Assembly: GCA_002269645.1 (NCBI GenBank)
Contig: NIVC01000556.1
Span: forward strand, 201,126-265,125
Direction of reading: 5' to 3'
Source: Macrostomum lignano
Taxonomy: Eukaryota
Length of the DNA: 64,000 nucleotides
This document shows positions 40,833 to 54,302 of the stretch, piece after piece. Each line of letters begins with the position of its first letter. Position 1 is the first letter of the stretch. The position numbers were made by a program, and so were the translations under genes. The notes under the pieces were generated by a model. It saw only the letters and a list, made by a program, of their open reading frames with translations. It was not told the origin of the DNA and did no database searches.

Positions 40833-43800
40833 TCATTCATCATCCCCAGCAGCCAAAAGCTGCATCGCATCCTCTGGAGACACATTTCTTCCCGTGAGCA
40901 CAACGCACAGACCCCCCACTGGAGGCTGCTCCAGCCGGTCAAATAGCAGAGCCGCTAGTCCAGCGCAGGCGCTCGGCTCCACAATCAGGCCGAGGTTGCG
41001 CGCCAGCTGGCGCTGACAGGCGCCAATTTCGGCGTCGCTAACTAGCAGCGAGCGAGCGCCAAAATGGCGCAAATGTCGGTAGGCGTTGGCGCCGGCGTAG
41101 GGTGGCGCCAGGCCGCCAGCTATGGATCGCGCCTGCGGCATCAAGGCTGGCCGATCCTGGATGAGAGGTCGGGTTCCATTGTGCACTGACACAGGCTGCT
41201 CACAACCTTGACCCAGAATGCTCACACACTTGACCCAGGCTGCTCACACACTGATGACACAGACTGCTCACAACCTTGAACCAGACTTCTCACAACATTG
41301 ACCCAGACTGCTCACACCCTTAATACAGACTGCTCATACCCTTGAACTAGACTGCTCATACCCTTGACCCAGACTACTCACAACCTTGACCCAGACTACT
41401 CACAACCTTGACCCAGACTACTCACAACCTTGACCCAGACTACTCACAACCTTGACCCATACTACTCACACCCTTGACCCAGACTGCTCACACACCCTTA
41501 ACCAAGACTGCTCACACACCCTTAACCAAGACTGCTCACACACCCTTGACCAAGACCGCTCACACACCCTTAACCAAGACTGCTCACACACCCTTAACCA
41601 AGACTGCTCACACACCCTTAACCAAGACTGCTCACACCCTTAACCAAGACTGCTCACACACCCTTAACCAAGACTGCTCACACACCCTTAACCAAGACTG
41701 TTCACACACCCTTAACTAAGACTGCTCACACACCCTTAACCAAGACTGTTCACACACCCTTAACTAAGACTGCTCACACACTTGACCCAGACTGCACACA
41801 CTTTTGACACAGATTGCTTACACCCACCTCAACCTCCATGTCAGCCACCCCAACCTCCATCTCACCCACCTTACCTCCTTGTCACCCACCACAACCTTCA
41901 TCTCACCTACCCCAGCCTCCATGTCAGCCACCCCAACCTCCATGTCAGCCACCCCAACCTCCATGTCAGCCACCCCAACCTCTATCTCACCCATCCCAAC
42001 CTCCATGTCACCCACCCCAACCTCCATTTCACCCACCCCAACCTCCATGTCACCCACTCCAACTTCTATATTACCCACCTCAACCTCCATGTCAGCCACC
42101 CCAACCTCCATCTCACCCACCTTACCTCCTTGTCACCCACCACAACCTTCATCTCACCTACCCCAGCCTCCATGTCAGCCACCCCAACCTCCATGTCAGC
42201 CACCCCAACCTCCATGTCACCAACCCCAACCTCTATCTCACCCATCCCAACCTCCATGTCACCCACCCCAACCTCCATTTCACCCACCCCAACCTCCATG
42301 TCACCCACTCCAACTTCTATATTACCCACCCCAACCTCAATGTCACCCACACCAACTTCCATATCACCCACCCCAACCTCCATGTCACCCACTCCAACTT
42401 CTATATTACCCACCCCAACCTCAATGTCACCCACACCAACTTCCATATCACCCACCCCAACCTCCATGTCACCCACTCCAACTTCTATATTACCCACCCC
42501 AACCTCAATGTCACCCACACCAACTTCCATATCACCCACCCCAACCTCCATGTCACCCACCCCAACCTCCATGTCACCCACCCCAACCTCCATGTCACCC
42601 ACCCCAACCTCCATGTCACCCACTCCAACTTCTATATTACCCACCCCAACCTCAATGTCACCCACACCAACTTCCATATCACCCACCCCAACCTCCATGT
42701 CACCCACCCCAACCTCCATGTCACCCACCCCAACTTCAATGTCACCCACCCCAACCTCAATGTCACCCACACCAACTTCCATGTCACCCACCCCAACCTC
42801 AATGTCACCCACACCAACTTCCATATCACCTACCCCAACCTCCATGTCACCCACCCCATTCCCCAACCTGTTCAAAGCTCAGCCGCATAGTACAAGCTGT
42901 TTCAGGCTCCACAGCGTACACGACAGGAGATCGCGGTTCTTCATCAGCCGAGCGGCCATTTTCATGCAGCCGAGATTTCGAGGACAAAGCTAAGGCGGCC
43001 GCAACCCCAGCTGAGAGGCCGCCGCCACCGCAGCCAAGTAGAACAGTGTCAACCTTGAACGAATTTGTTTAAATCGATTTAAAAACAGGAGTACATGTAA
43101 TTTGCGCTCACTGCCATTGTCAGTAGACAAAAAAGGACATGCTAGACTGCATATATAGACTTCTAAGCAATTCTTATCCAACCCGTACCTGAGACAGCTG
43201 TTCCAGCAGTTCGAGACCCAAACTGGCGTGTCCGGCAATCAGTGGCCGATCATCGAACGGGTGCAGGAACTGGTAGCCTTCGTTGGCCACCTTGGCGTCA
43301 ACGCGTGACTGCAGCTCGGAACTGGGGCAGGTCTCCACTAGGACGCCTTGGCTCTGGTAAGGAGATAGATATGATAATAATTCCAGTCTGCCTCCTGAGC
43401 ATGAATACTTAAAAGCGCGCCAATACTGCACTGCACAGGGTGTTCAGCGGCCCTGACTTTCTAATCGTCAGGCATGTGCACTCTCTGTGCCTTGGGGGCT
43501 GGCCCTCCTGGGCTGTCAATCGCAGACAGAAAGACAGACAAAACAAAAAGACAGACACCCAGACACTAAGACAACAGACAGACAGACAGACGGACACACA
43601 GACAGACAGACACTAAGACAGACAGGCAGACAGACACTACGACAGACACTAAGACAGACAGGCAGACAGACACTACGACAGACAGACAGACAGACAGACA
43701 CTACGACAGACAGACAGACAGACATTACGACAGACAGATAGACAGACACTACGACAGACAGACAGACAGACACTACGACAGACAGACAGACAGACACTAA

Positions 43801-44414
43801 GACAGACAGGCAGACCGACAGACAGACAGACACACAGACAGACACTACGACAGACAGACAGACACTAAGACAGACAGGCAGACCGACACAACGACAGACA
43901 GACAGACAGACAGACAGAGACAGAAAGACAGACAGACAGACAGACAGACAGGCAGGCAGACAGACACACAGAAAGACAGACAGGCAGACAGACACTACGA
44001 CAGACAGGCAGACAGACACAGCAGGCTCACCCGGATGTGATCAACCCGGTGCCGCGGAGCAGAGTCTGGCATCAGCACCAGGCCGTGAAGGCGCCGAGCT
44101 TGGCAGACGGCAGCAAAGGAGCGGCCGTAGTTGCCAGCCGACATTGTCACCAGCTTGGGGCCGCTGCCGGCGCCAGTCAACCCGGCGAGCTGCACGGCCA
44201 GACCCCGCGGTTTAAACGAGCCGGTCAGCTGGGCGCACTCCAGCTTCAGGTGCAAACGGTAGCCAACATCGGCGGGCAGGCCCAGCAGTTGCGGATCAAC
44301 GTCAGTTAAAATTGGGGTACGACGGATTAAACCGGAGCTTTGAACTGTTGCGTAGGCGTCTGACAGGTCATTTAAGGTCAATAGTGGAGCATCTGGGTTG
44401 TAGGCGGCAGCCAT
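40833..44414 (-). CDS. PLP-dependent serine/threonine dehydratase (fold type II), about 352 aa
   Basis: Phase-0 exons 44414-44031, 43353-43189, 43053-42868 and 41156-40833. Motifs: RRTP, KLECAQLTGSFKPRG (PLP lysine), SAGNYG, HPFDD, GCGGGGL, VEP, SIAGGL, EPSACAGLAAL, TGRN. Confidence 0.9.
41200..41810. repeat. 22-24-bp minisatellite CCTTAACCAAGACTGCTCACACAC (intronic)
   Basis: Tandem units visible directly. Confidence 0.9.
41815..42860. repeat. 21-bp minisatellite CCACCCCAACCTCCATGTCAC (intronic)
   Basis: Tandem units visible directly. Source of the spurious mucin-like TSMSPTP ORFs. Confidence 0.93.
43520..44020. repeat. (GACA)n-derived microsatellite (intronic)
   Basis: Visible directly. 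It is preceded by a partial SINE A fragment at about 43410-43515. Confidence 0.93.
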
Positions 44415-44574
44415 AATTCATTGATTTTTCTGTTGCCTGATAATGGTCGCTTTCTTAACTAGAAAATTCAAAATCAATACATTTTGCATGCGGTCCAAGC
44501 GGTGCCGGTGTACTTTAAAAGTACTTTGTGGCTACATGTTGATTGTGGGGATATTCTTCTTGTTGTTTTATGGT

Positions 44575-45095
44575 GATTTCTGTTGTGGTTTAAGGGCGAT
44601 TTCTGTTGTGGTTTGAGGGCGATTTCTGTTGTGGTTTAAGGGCGATTTCTGTTGTGGTTTGAGGGCGATTTCTGTTGTGGTTTGAGGGCGATTTCTGTTG
44701 TGGTTTAAGGGCGATTTCTGTTGTGGTTTGAGGGCGATTTCTGTTGTGGTTTGAGGGCGATTTCTGTTGTGTTTTGAGGGCGATTTCTTTTGTGGTTTGA
44801 GGGTGATTTCTGCTGTGGTTTGGGGGCGATTTCTGTTGTCGTTTGAAGGCGATTTCTGTAGTGCTTTGAGGGCGATTTCTGTTGTGGTTTAAGGGCGATT
44901 TCTGTTGTGGTTTGTGGGCGATTTCTGTTGTGGTTTGAGGGCGATTTCTGTTGTGGTTTAAGGGCGATTTCTGTTGTGGTTTGAGGGCGATTTCTGTTGT
45001 GGTTTGAGGGCGATTTCTGTTGTGGTTTAAGGGCGATTTCTGTTGTGGTTTGAGGGCGATTTCTGTTGTGGTTTGAGGGCGATTTCTGTTGTGTT
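44575..45095. repeat. 23-bp minisatellite GTGGTTTGAGGGCGATTTCTGTT
   Basis: About 22 tandem units upstream of the dehydratase start. Confidence 0.95.
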
Positions 45096-45589
45096 TGTTT
45101 TTGAGTTTTCATGTAATTAGAAGTCGAATTTCAACTAAATATAAGAAAAGTTTGAGCTTCACTGTTAATAATTTTATCAATAATCAAGTGAATATATTAG
45201 TAAAATATATTAATATACTGCTATAGTAATATATATAGCATTTTTTAATAAGAACATTGATGCTTAAAGCAGATAAGTTGCGTGCAGATGCTTAATCTTA
45301 ATTGTAGATCTTGTATTTAAAGTTAATTAGAAGACATCGCTTCAAAAAACATGGAATTACATAAATACAGCTATCTAGACTGTTTCGAATGAAATATTGA
45401 ATATTCTGTGTGAATTTTTAATGACTGTAGACAGATGAATTGACCGCTGAAATAGCTGCGACAACAAAAAAGTGTCTAGTATCTACTTTACTACTTACTA
45501 GCCTATCGTTTAAGTAGATAATATACGTCCGAAAATAAAATGCAAAAAACTAAAAAAAAATCTACCAAGATTCCAAACTGTCAAGGTAC

Positions 45590-45750
45590 TCAGGTGTCTG
45601 GATACATAGATACATAGATTTCTAGATACCCAGGTGGCTAGATACCTAGGTGCCTCGATACCCAGGTGCCTAGATACCCAGGTGGCTAGATACCCAGGTG
45701 CCTAGATACCTGGACGTCTAGATACCCAGGTGCCTAGATACCTGGATGTG
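45590..45750. repeat. 16-bp minisatellite TAGATACCCAGGTGCC
   Basis: About 9 tandem units. Confidence 0.85.
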
Positions 45751-45971
45751 TCTATAAGAGAAATAAAAATTTAGTAAGTAATAGCAAGCGATACAATTGT
45801 CATTTAATCGCTAATCAAGTTAAAAAACGAATTTTGTATAAATTGAGTGAAGTTTTCACCATAAGATTGATTGTCCGTCCGACGATGGGAATAACCAACC
45901 TTTGTCCTTGGTCGTTATAAATAAAATATACTAAATAAAGTGGCAGCCTGAGTGCAAAATGGAAGTGGCTT

Positions 45972-46236
45972 TTAAGCAGCCGATTCAGTCTGATTTAAAT
46001 TTTCCACGCGTCTGATGAGATCCGTTGGTGCCTCGCCGAGTTTCAGGAACACCAGACGACTGCTTCTGTGATGCAATGCATTCAATTCCTTGCAGTATTC
46101 TTTTAATCTGTTTCCGAACTCCAGCATGTTCTCAGTCTGAAATTTATTGGTTTCAAGACAGATTCGATCATTTTAAATTGAGGAGACACTTGGGTACAAT
46201 GGTTGACAGACAGACAGACAGTCAGACAGACATACT

Positions 46237-46286
<50 letters not shown>

Positions 46287-46289
46287 TAC

Positions 46290-46338
<49 letters not shown>

Positions 46339-47190
46339 GACAGACAGACAGACAGACAGGCAGACAGACAGACAGACAGACACACAGACAGACACACAGA
46401 CACAAAGCCGTCCTGACTCACGATATTCGGCATGGCAACCAGCACATCAGGCCGCAGAGCTGCCCGGCGCCGCTTCAGCAAGCCTCTTACAGCCGACCGC
46501 AGAGGCCGATAGTTCACCAAGCGAGGCGAAGCAAAAATTAAAATCCGTCTATAATGATTATTATCGCACTGGACAGACCGCCTATCCGTGACCACTCTGA
46601 AATGATCGCCATCTGGCTGACTGAGCCAACTGGATGGAAAATAGTCCTGACTGTCCTCAGGACAGCAAACGATTAGATAAGCCGGTTGATTCCCCCGATT
46701 TTGCTGCTGCTGCTGCTGCTGCTGCGGAAGCAGACTGGAATAAGTACCTTCATCGGCTTCTTCTTCTTCACTTTCTGCTGGAGCCGGTGGAAGCTGCCTG
46801 CCATGCTGTTGCTGCTGCTGCTGCTGCTGCTGCTGTTGTTGTTGTTGTTGTTGATGACGGCCCAGCTGGGTCACCTGGTCATTGGGCCTACGGGAACGGT
46901 CTGACTGCAACATGGCACAGCCAGCCGTCTTTGTCCCGCTCACCATAGGACAGGGGCCTTGCACCACCGCGTCGCCGCGTGAGTGTGCAGAGGGCATGTC
47001 GGCGAGCCTGCCACCAGGTCCACCAGGGTCTACCCCAGCAGAGGGGCCGTTATTCCAGCTTTCGTGTCCGTGGCCAGCGGACCTTCCACCCCACGCCTGA
47101 CAGTCCAGCACTGGCGGCCAGCCCCGATGGGGTCTAGCCAGTGTCTGGAGCTGCTCGGAGGCCTGCTGGATGTGAGGCTGCTGCTGCTGC

Positions 47191-47244
<54 letters not shown>

Positions 47245-47277
47245 TGCTGTGGCTGCTGCTGTTGCTGCTGTTGCTGC

Positions 47278-47321
<44 letters not shown>

Positions 47322-50300
47322 CTGGGACACTGATAGATTAACACCGTAACTAAGATTGGCCATTTGAAAGGAGCCCGGATTCAGCTGAGCATCCGAGCCC
47401 AGACTGTGTCGGTCGTTGTCGTTCAAATTGTTTCGATCGCGACGATTATTGCCATTGTTGTTGCTATGGTAGCGGCCTCTTTCACCATTGGCCTCGATAC
47501 TTCTGTTGGTTGTAGTGAAGTTTCGGGATGTAGTAGTGAAGTTTCGGGATCGTAGTGAAGTTTCGGGATTGTAGTGAAGTTTCGGGATTGTAGTGAAGTT
47601 TCGGGATTGTAGTGAAGTTTCGGGATTGTAGTAGTGATGTTTCGGGATTGTACAATAGTAGTGAAGTTTCGGGATTGTAGTAGTGATGTTTCGGGATTGT
47701 ACAATAGTAGTGAAGCTTCGGGATTGTAGTGAAGTTTCGGGATTGTAGTGAAGCTTCGGATTGTAGTGAAGCTTCGGGATTGTAGTGAAGCTTCGGGATT
47801 GTAGTGAAGCTTCGGGATTGTAGTGAAGTTTCGGGATGTAGTAGTGAAGTTTCGGGATTGTAGTGAAGTTTCGGGATTGTAGTGAAGTTTCGGGATTGTA
47901 GTGAAGTTTCGGGATTGTAGTGAAGTTTCGGGATTGTAGTGAAGTTTCGGGATTGTAGTGAAGCTTCGGGATTGTAGTGAAGCTTCTGGATTGTAGTGAA
48001 GCTTCGGGATTGTAGTGAAGCTTCGGGATTTAAGTGGAAGTTTCGGATATGAAGTGAATTAACTCACTCTCTACTAACTGCAGACCAACATCGCCTTTTC
48101 CCTGTCCTCCAACAGTAGGCGATGAGGAATAAAACGATCAGAGATGCTAACACTACACCGACAACCACGCCGACAATGGCACCGTTAGAAGTCGGTACCG
48201 GAGAGGCTTCTGCTGCCTGACAGGGGCAACCAGCCAGACTTTGCTTAGCGGCCACCTAAAATATTAATTTACAAGAACAGGTAAAATCTTTAGTTTTTGT
48301 TGTGGTAATTTAGTAAACTAGTAATCTCTAGTAATTAAAAATACGATTTGCTTCTTCATCTAGACACAGGTACAACTTTTTCCACAATCCGAAAATTGGG
48401 ATTTATAATTTGGGATTTAAATACTGTGGGGAATCATATAATTTGGGATTTGAATATTGTTGGGATTCATATAATTTGGGATTTGAATATTGTTGGGATT
48501 CATATAATTTGGGATTTGAATATTGTTGGAATTCATATAATTTGGGATTTGAATATTGTTGGGATTTATAATTTGGGATTATGAATACGGTAGACAGTTC
48601 CAACAATGACCGCATGAAATTCCATACCTCGGGAGATTCAGTAGTCTTCGTTTTCTTTGGATAACTTAAAAACAATTTTTGCAAACTTGGCACGCACAGG
48701 CAGGTGACTGGTGTTGCCAGGCTGTTGCCATGCAGTTTGAGCTCTTTCAGATGCTTCAGATAAGCAAGCCGCTCCGGTTGAATAGCCGTCAGTTTGTTTT
48801 TTTGTAAGTCCAGAATTCTGTCGGGAAAGGAAAAATAGAAAATTGAGGATAACAGGGAATTCAGATTAGTTATTACAGGGGAATTCAGACAGGTTATGAG
48901 TATGACAGGGGAATTCAGATTAGTAACGACAGAGGAATTCAGACAGGTTGCGACAGGGGAATTCAGGCAGGTTGCGACAGGGGAATTCAGGCAGGTTGCG
49001 ACAGGGGAATTCAGACAGGTTATGACAGGGGAATTCAGACAGGTTATGACAGGGGAATTCAGACAGGTTATGACAGGGGAATTCAGACAGGTTATTACAG
49101 GGGAATTCAGACAGATTATGACAGGAGAATCCAGACTGGTTCTGACAGGGGAATTCAGACAGGTTATGACAGGGGAATCCAGGCTGGTTATAACAGGGGA
49201 ATCCAGTACTCACTCTAGCATATTCGGCAGATTGTTGGGAATCTCAGTAAATTCGTTGCCCCTCAAACTCAAGGTCATGAGTTGGTTTGGCAGCGGTGTT
49301 AGACCGCCACTGTTGGTCAATCCGCAGACTTCCAATCGCAGATGTCTGAGCCCTGACAGACTCGAAAAACAGCCTATAGTTGGTCCACTGTCATCCGACA
49401 TCAATTTGAGATCAATTATATTTGACAGCTCCAATGAGGCTAGAGTTTTGGTCCAGGCAAATTTAGACATATCGGAGCACATCAGCTTGGCGCCCTGGCT
49501 GAATCTTTGCAGACTGAGCGAGCTTAGTTGTCGAAGCGATTTGGTGGCCGCCAGAGCGGTATAGAAATGCATTGATAATCTGGAGTTGAGTTTGTAGAAT
49601 TAAAGTTCAACATGAACTTGCTGTATTAAAAATGCGACTCTTGTCTATTATAATTGAAGGGGAATTACGTAGCTAATGGGATGAATGGGAAAGTAGTGTA
49701 TGGGATAAGTGGGGAATTAGAGTATAGGATAAATAGGATATTAGTATATGGGATAAATGGGGAATAAGTGTATGTGATAAATAGGGAATTAGTGTATGGG
49801 ATAAATAGAGAATTAAGTGTATCGGATAAGTGAGGAATCAGAGTATGGGATAAGTGGGGAATTAGTGTATGGGATAAATGGGGAATTAGTGTGTGGAATA
49901 AATAGTGAATTAGTCTACTAGGATATAACAGCAGGAAATAAGTCTATTAGGAGAGAATTTGGTATTAGTATATTAGGATATAAATTATAATAGTGTAGTA
50001 AGCCGCTAGTTTAGCTGTTAGGCGTCCAGCCGTTTTCCTTGCCCACAGCTTTCTACTTTCAGTTCAGTAGAGCAAAGAAGAATACATAAGCTATTTTATA
50101 AAAAAAGGCAGCTGAAACGACTGATAAGTTTAGAAACCCAACGAGCTTGCAGGCGCAAACAACTTGCTAATTGGTTCAGCAATAATGTACATTGGCCAGT
50201 CCAGTGAAATGTACATGGCAGCTTTAGGCTGGAATTCCAAGAAAGGCAATAAAAATTTGGGCGGAGCGGGGGTTGGAGGGTTTAAGCTGGGGTTAAGAGC

Positions 50301-51320
50301 CAATAAATGAGCCTTGGCTTGAAAAATACATTAAAATGCTTTGGTTCAACTTACTACTGAACTGAAAGTAGCTTACACGCATATTGTGCTGAGTGGGCCC
50401 ATCTAGTATATGTGCCAAATCCTAACAGATGCTAACACCGCCCTCCCCCCGACACCTTATTCGTTACTCTGAAAAGTAATGAGAGGAAAATAAATGTCCA
50501 ATAAATTGTAATCAGTTACTTACCTAGTAGATTTTTTCAAATTTGCTGGCAAACTAATGTGTAAACTAGTCAAGCTAGCAGCTACAGAATTCAGCTCAAT
50601 AGAATCCAATGGCAAAGTTTTACAAGTCAATGCTTGCAGCTTAGCTGGTAGACAGGCCGATTTAATTTTTTTTAATTTAGAGTTGGAGCTCAATGTTAAT
50701 GATTTTAATTCAGCTGAAGTGCTAGCAACGAACTCTGGCAGGCTGCAGTCTTGCAATAGATTAGCAGCCAGAGTGAGCTTAGTAACATGCTTCGGCAGTC
50801 TAATATTCGGTATTCGAACTAGTTTATTAGACGATATGTGCAAAGATTGCAAGTTCGGTAGAGAATCGACAATAGCATCAGGCGGTAGCCCAGCATCTGT
50901 CAGAGCGTTATTATCCAGGATTAGACTTGTAAGTCCGCTAAGACCTTCAAATGAATCTTTAGCTATTGACGTTATTCCGCAGCCAATCAGCATCAACTTG
51001 AATAGGCCATCAATAGACCGGCCAGCGAAGGCTCTCGGCTGCAAAGCGCCCAGCCCGTCTACCGGGCAGCCGCACAGTCGAGCGTGACGACACGACGAGG
51101 GGAAAGTGACTAATGGTTGAGGCTTAGTCTCAGACGATGATGAAGAAGACTCAACAGATGAAGGATTGGCTGGTCTACAGAGACAGGTTGAACTGCCAGT
51201 GGGGTGGATGCACGTGCCAGGCGAAATAATTGATAGATCGTCAGGACAGGCGCTTTGACTGCTGATGCCACTGGCTAAGATTGCCAGGGCCATTACTGTA
51301 AGACTTGATATGGCCGGCAT
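45972..51320 (-). CDS. LRR type I membrane receptor, about 928 aa (signal peptide, LRRs, TM, polyQ linker, possible divergent TIR/SEFIR-like C-terminal domain)
   Basis: Six phase-consistent exons: 51320-50524, 49579-49214, 48817-48628, 48255-48068, 47502-46422, 46136-45972. LRRs include [42 protein letters not shown] and [14 protein letters not shown] cap; [25 protein letters not shown] followed by RTGKRR. Confidence 0.8.
46200..46405. repeat. (GACA)n microsatellite filling the last intron of the LRR gene
   Basis: Visible directly. Confidence 0.95.
47510..48050. repeat. ~19-bp minisatellite GGGATTGTAGTGAAGTTTC (intronic)
   Basis: Tandem units visible directly. Confidence 0.92.
48395..48580. 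repeat. 33-bp minisatellite (intronic)
   Basis: ATTTGGGATTTGAATATTGTTGGGATTCATATA repeated about 5 times. Confidence 0.9.
48850..49200. repeat. 24-bp minisatellite GACAGGGGAATTCAGACAGGTTAT (intronic)
   Basis: About 14 tandem units. Confidence 0.9.
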
Positions 51321-51359
51321 TGTAGGCTGGAGAATTTCAATGAAGTAAGTAATAAGCTG

Positions 51360-51745
51360 TTTTTAGGCGATTCTATGGGCGATTTTTAATAAGGCGATTC
51401 TATGGGGCGATGCGATGGGCGATTTTATAGGCTATTGTTAAAAAGCGAGTCTATGGGGCGATTCTATGGGCGATTTTAAAAAAATAAGGCGATTCTATTG
51501 GAGACTTTTAATAAGGCGATTCTACGGGCGATTATGATATAAAGCGATTCTAAGGGGGATTTTATGGGCGGTTTTAAAAATAAGGCGATTCTATGGGCGA
51601 TTTTAAAAATAAGGCGATACTATCGGCGATTTTAAAAAGCGATTCCAAGGTTCGATTTAAAAAAGGGATTCTATGAGCAATTTTTAATAAGGCGATTCTA
51701 TGGGCGATTTTAAGATTGGGCGATTTTATGGGGCGATTTTTAAAG
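51360..51745. repeat. Degenerate GGCGATT(C/T)TATGG repeat array upstream of the LRR gene
   Basis: About 20 recurrences of GCGATT with variable A/T spacers. Confidence 0.7.
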
Positions 51746-52074
51746 GGTGAATTAAAAAAGGCAGTTTATTATCGATAAAGGTGATTTTAAATCTATTCTT
51801 ATTCAAGCCTACTAGCTAGTAAAAAAAGAAAGTTTAAACAAGAACAATTAGCTTGATTATCATATCAAAAGTTCACAGTTAAAAACTTTTCTTGGTTTAC
51901 TTACACAAGATTACATTCTAAGTAGAGGATACCAGTACCGAAATTGGTATTAAATGCACAAAAACTCATAAAATGATCCAAATTTAATGCGATACTATTC
52001 AGTATGTATGAAACTTGTTTTAAAATAACAAATTTTCTTTACTAATCTGCTACCAGTAGTCTAAATAGAATAAT

Positions 52075-53384
52075 CTAGCCGTCCCGATTTCGTCGACTCC
52101 ACCAGGCTTTTAATCGACCAATCAGAGACGACAGAAACGATGCTCGATTACTATTGGCTGGCGGGCGCCACAGACCCAAACGACGTCTTTTGGCTTCATT
52201 CTCGGCCACTTCCAGTCTATCCAACAGGGCCTTCCAATGCTGACTGTTGCTGTTCTCTATCTCAGAATATTCAGCATCGAGATGGCAACGCTGAGCTAAG
52301 CCGCTAGCAACCAGCTGTTCAGCGATGCACCGATAACTCAACGGATGCCAAGACATTAATCGCCATTGAAAAATTGCGCACAGACCAACTGTATCGTTGC
52401 TAACCAACTGTAACACTCGAACTCGAACTATTCGATTAGTGAGTCGATTTTGCAACCAATTTAAACCTTCAGGCGTCAGCTTGTTCAAGCCGGCTAGTCT
52501 GAGTTTCAACAAGTCTGAAGAACTGTCCTGCTTGCGATTGCGTAACAATATAGGCAGAGTAAACAGTACAGGCTCGTGCTTAGCAACTAATTCAACCGGC
52601 ACTGGATCTGTTGAACAGTCACAGCGTTGGACTCGGACACGAAATGCCCATTGGCCGGAGCGAACCTCGGCTGGCAGGCTCGCAAGGCTGCGCCATCTGA
52701 CTAGCCAGTACCGACGCCTGGCTAGCGTGAGCAAGCCGATGACGCCCAGACCAGCTGGCACTTTCTGTGCAGCACAGAATTGGGTGAGCACTTGAATGTG
52801 AGTTGCATATTTCTTTTTTTATCTACCTAATATACGTTTATTATATTCCAGTTTAGCCTCCAAATTAATGCGACTGCACTTGGAATCGAACCTGGGCTGC
52901 TGGCACATCAGAGCACTGCACTAGACCACCAGGCTACAGCCCCTCATATGTAGCCTAGTGGTTTGGATGTTGGACTCACGACTGAAAGGTCAGGAGTTTG
53001 AGTCTCGACCCACTCGGAACAATTTGTGTCCTTAAACAAGACACTTAACTCTGCATTGCTTCAGTTCACCCAGCTACATATTTTACAGCTGGGTAAACTG
53101 AAGGTGTCAGCATTAGCTAGGGTAATTGAGGGTGTGTGTGGCAACCCCCTAGTCCTTGGATTGAACAGCCATATTTTTAATATCTAGAGGTTAGATTTGA
53201 TCCCAAATCCACTATACTATAAATGAGTTGTTTGTATCTAGGTATTTATATTTATAATACTAGAATAGTTAATGAATAGTATTAGATACATTATTCCTGA
53301 CTAGTTTAAAAACATTCAACTTACAGAAATCCATGAAATATTGTTGTCAATGGTAGTATAGATATCATCTATCCAAGAACGCAT
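52075..53384 (-). CDS. C3orf33: C3orf33-like protein (staphylococcal-nuclease-like fold, N-terminal hydrophobic anchor), about 249 aa
   Basis: Exon 53384-53325 (MRSWIDDIYTTIDNNISWIS, gtaag donor) and exon 52764-52075. HEPVLFTLP, LRLAGL, GLNWLQ, EQLVASGLA and AENEAKRRRLGLW recall C3orf33/SNase C-terminal motifs. Confidence 0.72.
52855..52943 (-). mobile_element. SINE family A 5' fragment (tRNA-like head)
   Basis: Reverse strand reads GGGGCTGTAGCCTGGTGGTCTAG...CCCAGGTTCGATTCCAAGTGCAGTC. Confidence 0.75.
52949..53170 (+). mobile_element. SINE family B, copy 2
   Basis: Collinear with 37372-37600. It carries a local foldback inversion at 53059-53103. Confidence 0.8.
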
Positions 53385-53749
53385 GATAGATAATGCCCTG
53401 AATAAATTAGATGCTGATATCTGAAAATACAAAAATGCAAAAGCAATATCTAATTAGAAAACTATATTGTAAAAGTATTTCAAATATAGTTATTACAAGC
53501 TGTTGAAACCCGCGGATTTTGAACCCGGGGAATTCCAATACCCGGAACTACTTTTGCATGTATTCTGAAATCTAAGGCCATACACAAACAAAAACTTGTT
53601 AATAGTTAGTAGGATAGAGGTAGACATAAAATGGAGCACATTCGTGTAAAATTAGGGTTTGAGACATTGTTGGCTGGGGTACTGCGCAGAATGTCAGGCA
53701 ATGTCTGTCTGACTCTAAAACATGTATTGCTAAACTCTGGCCTCTCCCT

Positions 53750-54209
53750 GACTCTCCCTACGTCCCTTGGATCCTTTAAAATTTCTATCGTCTCTTTGTT
53801 TCCTCTTATCTCTCTCGTCCCTCGTCTCTCCTCTCTCCTCTCTCCTCTCTCCCCTCTTCTCTCGTATCTTCCCTCATCTCTCTTCTCCTTCATCTCTCTT
53901 ATCTCATCTCTTGTCTCTTCTTTTCTCTCTCCTCTCTACTTTTTCGTTTCCTCTCCTCTCCTCTCTCCTCTCTCCCCCTCTCCTCTCTCCCCCTCTCCTC
54001 TCTCCTCTCACCCCCTCTTCTCTCTTATCTTCCTTCTCCTTTCTATTCTTTTCTCTCTTCTCTTAACTCTCTCCTCTATTCTCTCATCTCTCCCCTCTTC
54101 TCTCGTCTCTTCCCTCACCTCTTTTCTCTCTCGTCTTTGCTCTCTCATCTTTCCTTTTTCTTCTTTTATCTTTTCTCTCTTATCTCTTCTCATTTCTCTC
54201 TGCTCCACC

Positions 54210-54302
<93 letters not shown>

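Noticed and set aside
41782-43072. Mucin-like or Pro/His-rich ORFs of 270-420 aa
   Set aside because: Translations of the 21-bp intronic minisatellite, antisense to the dehydratase gene.
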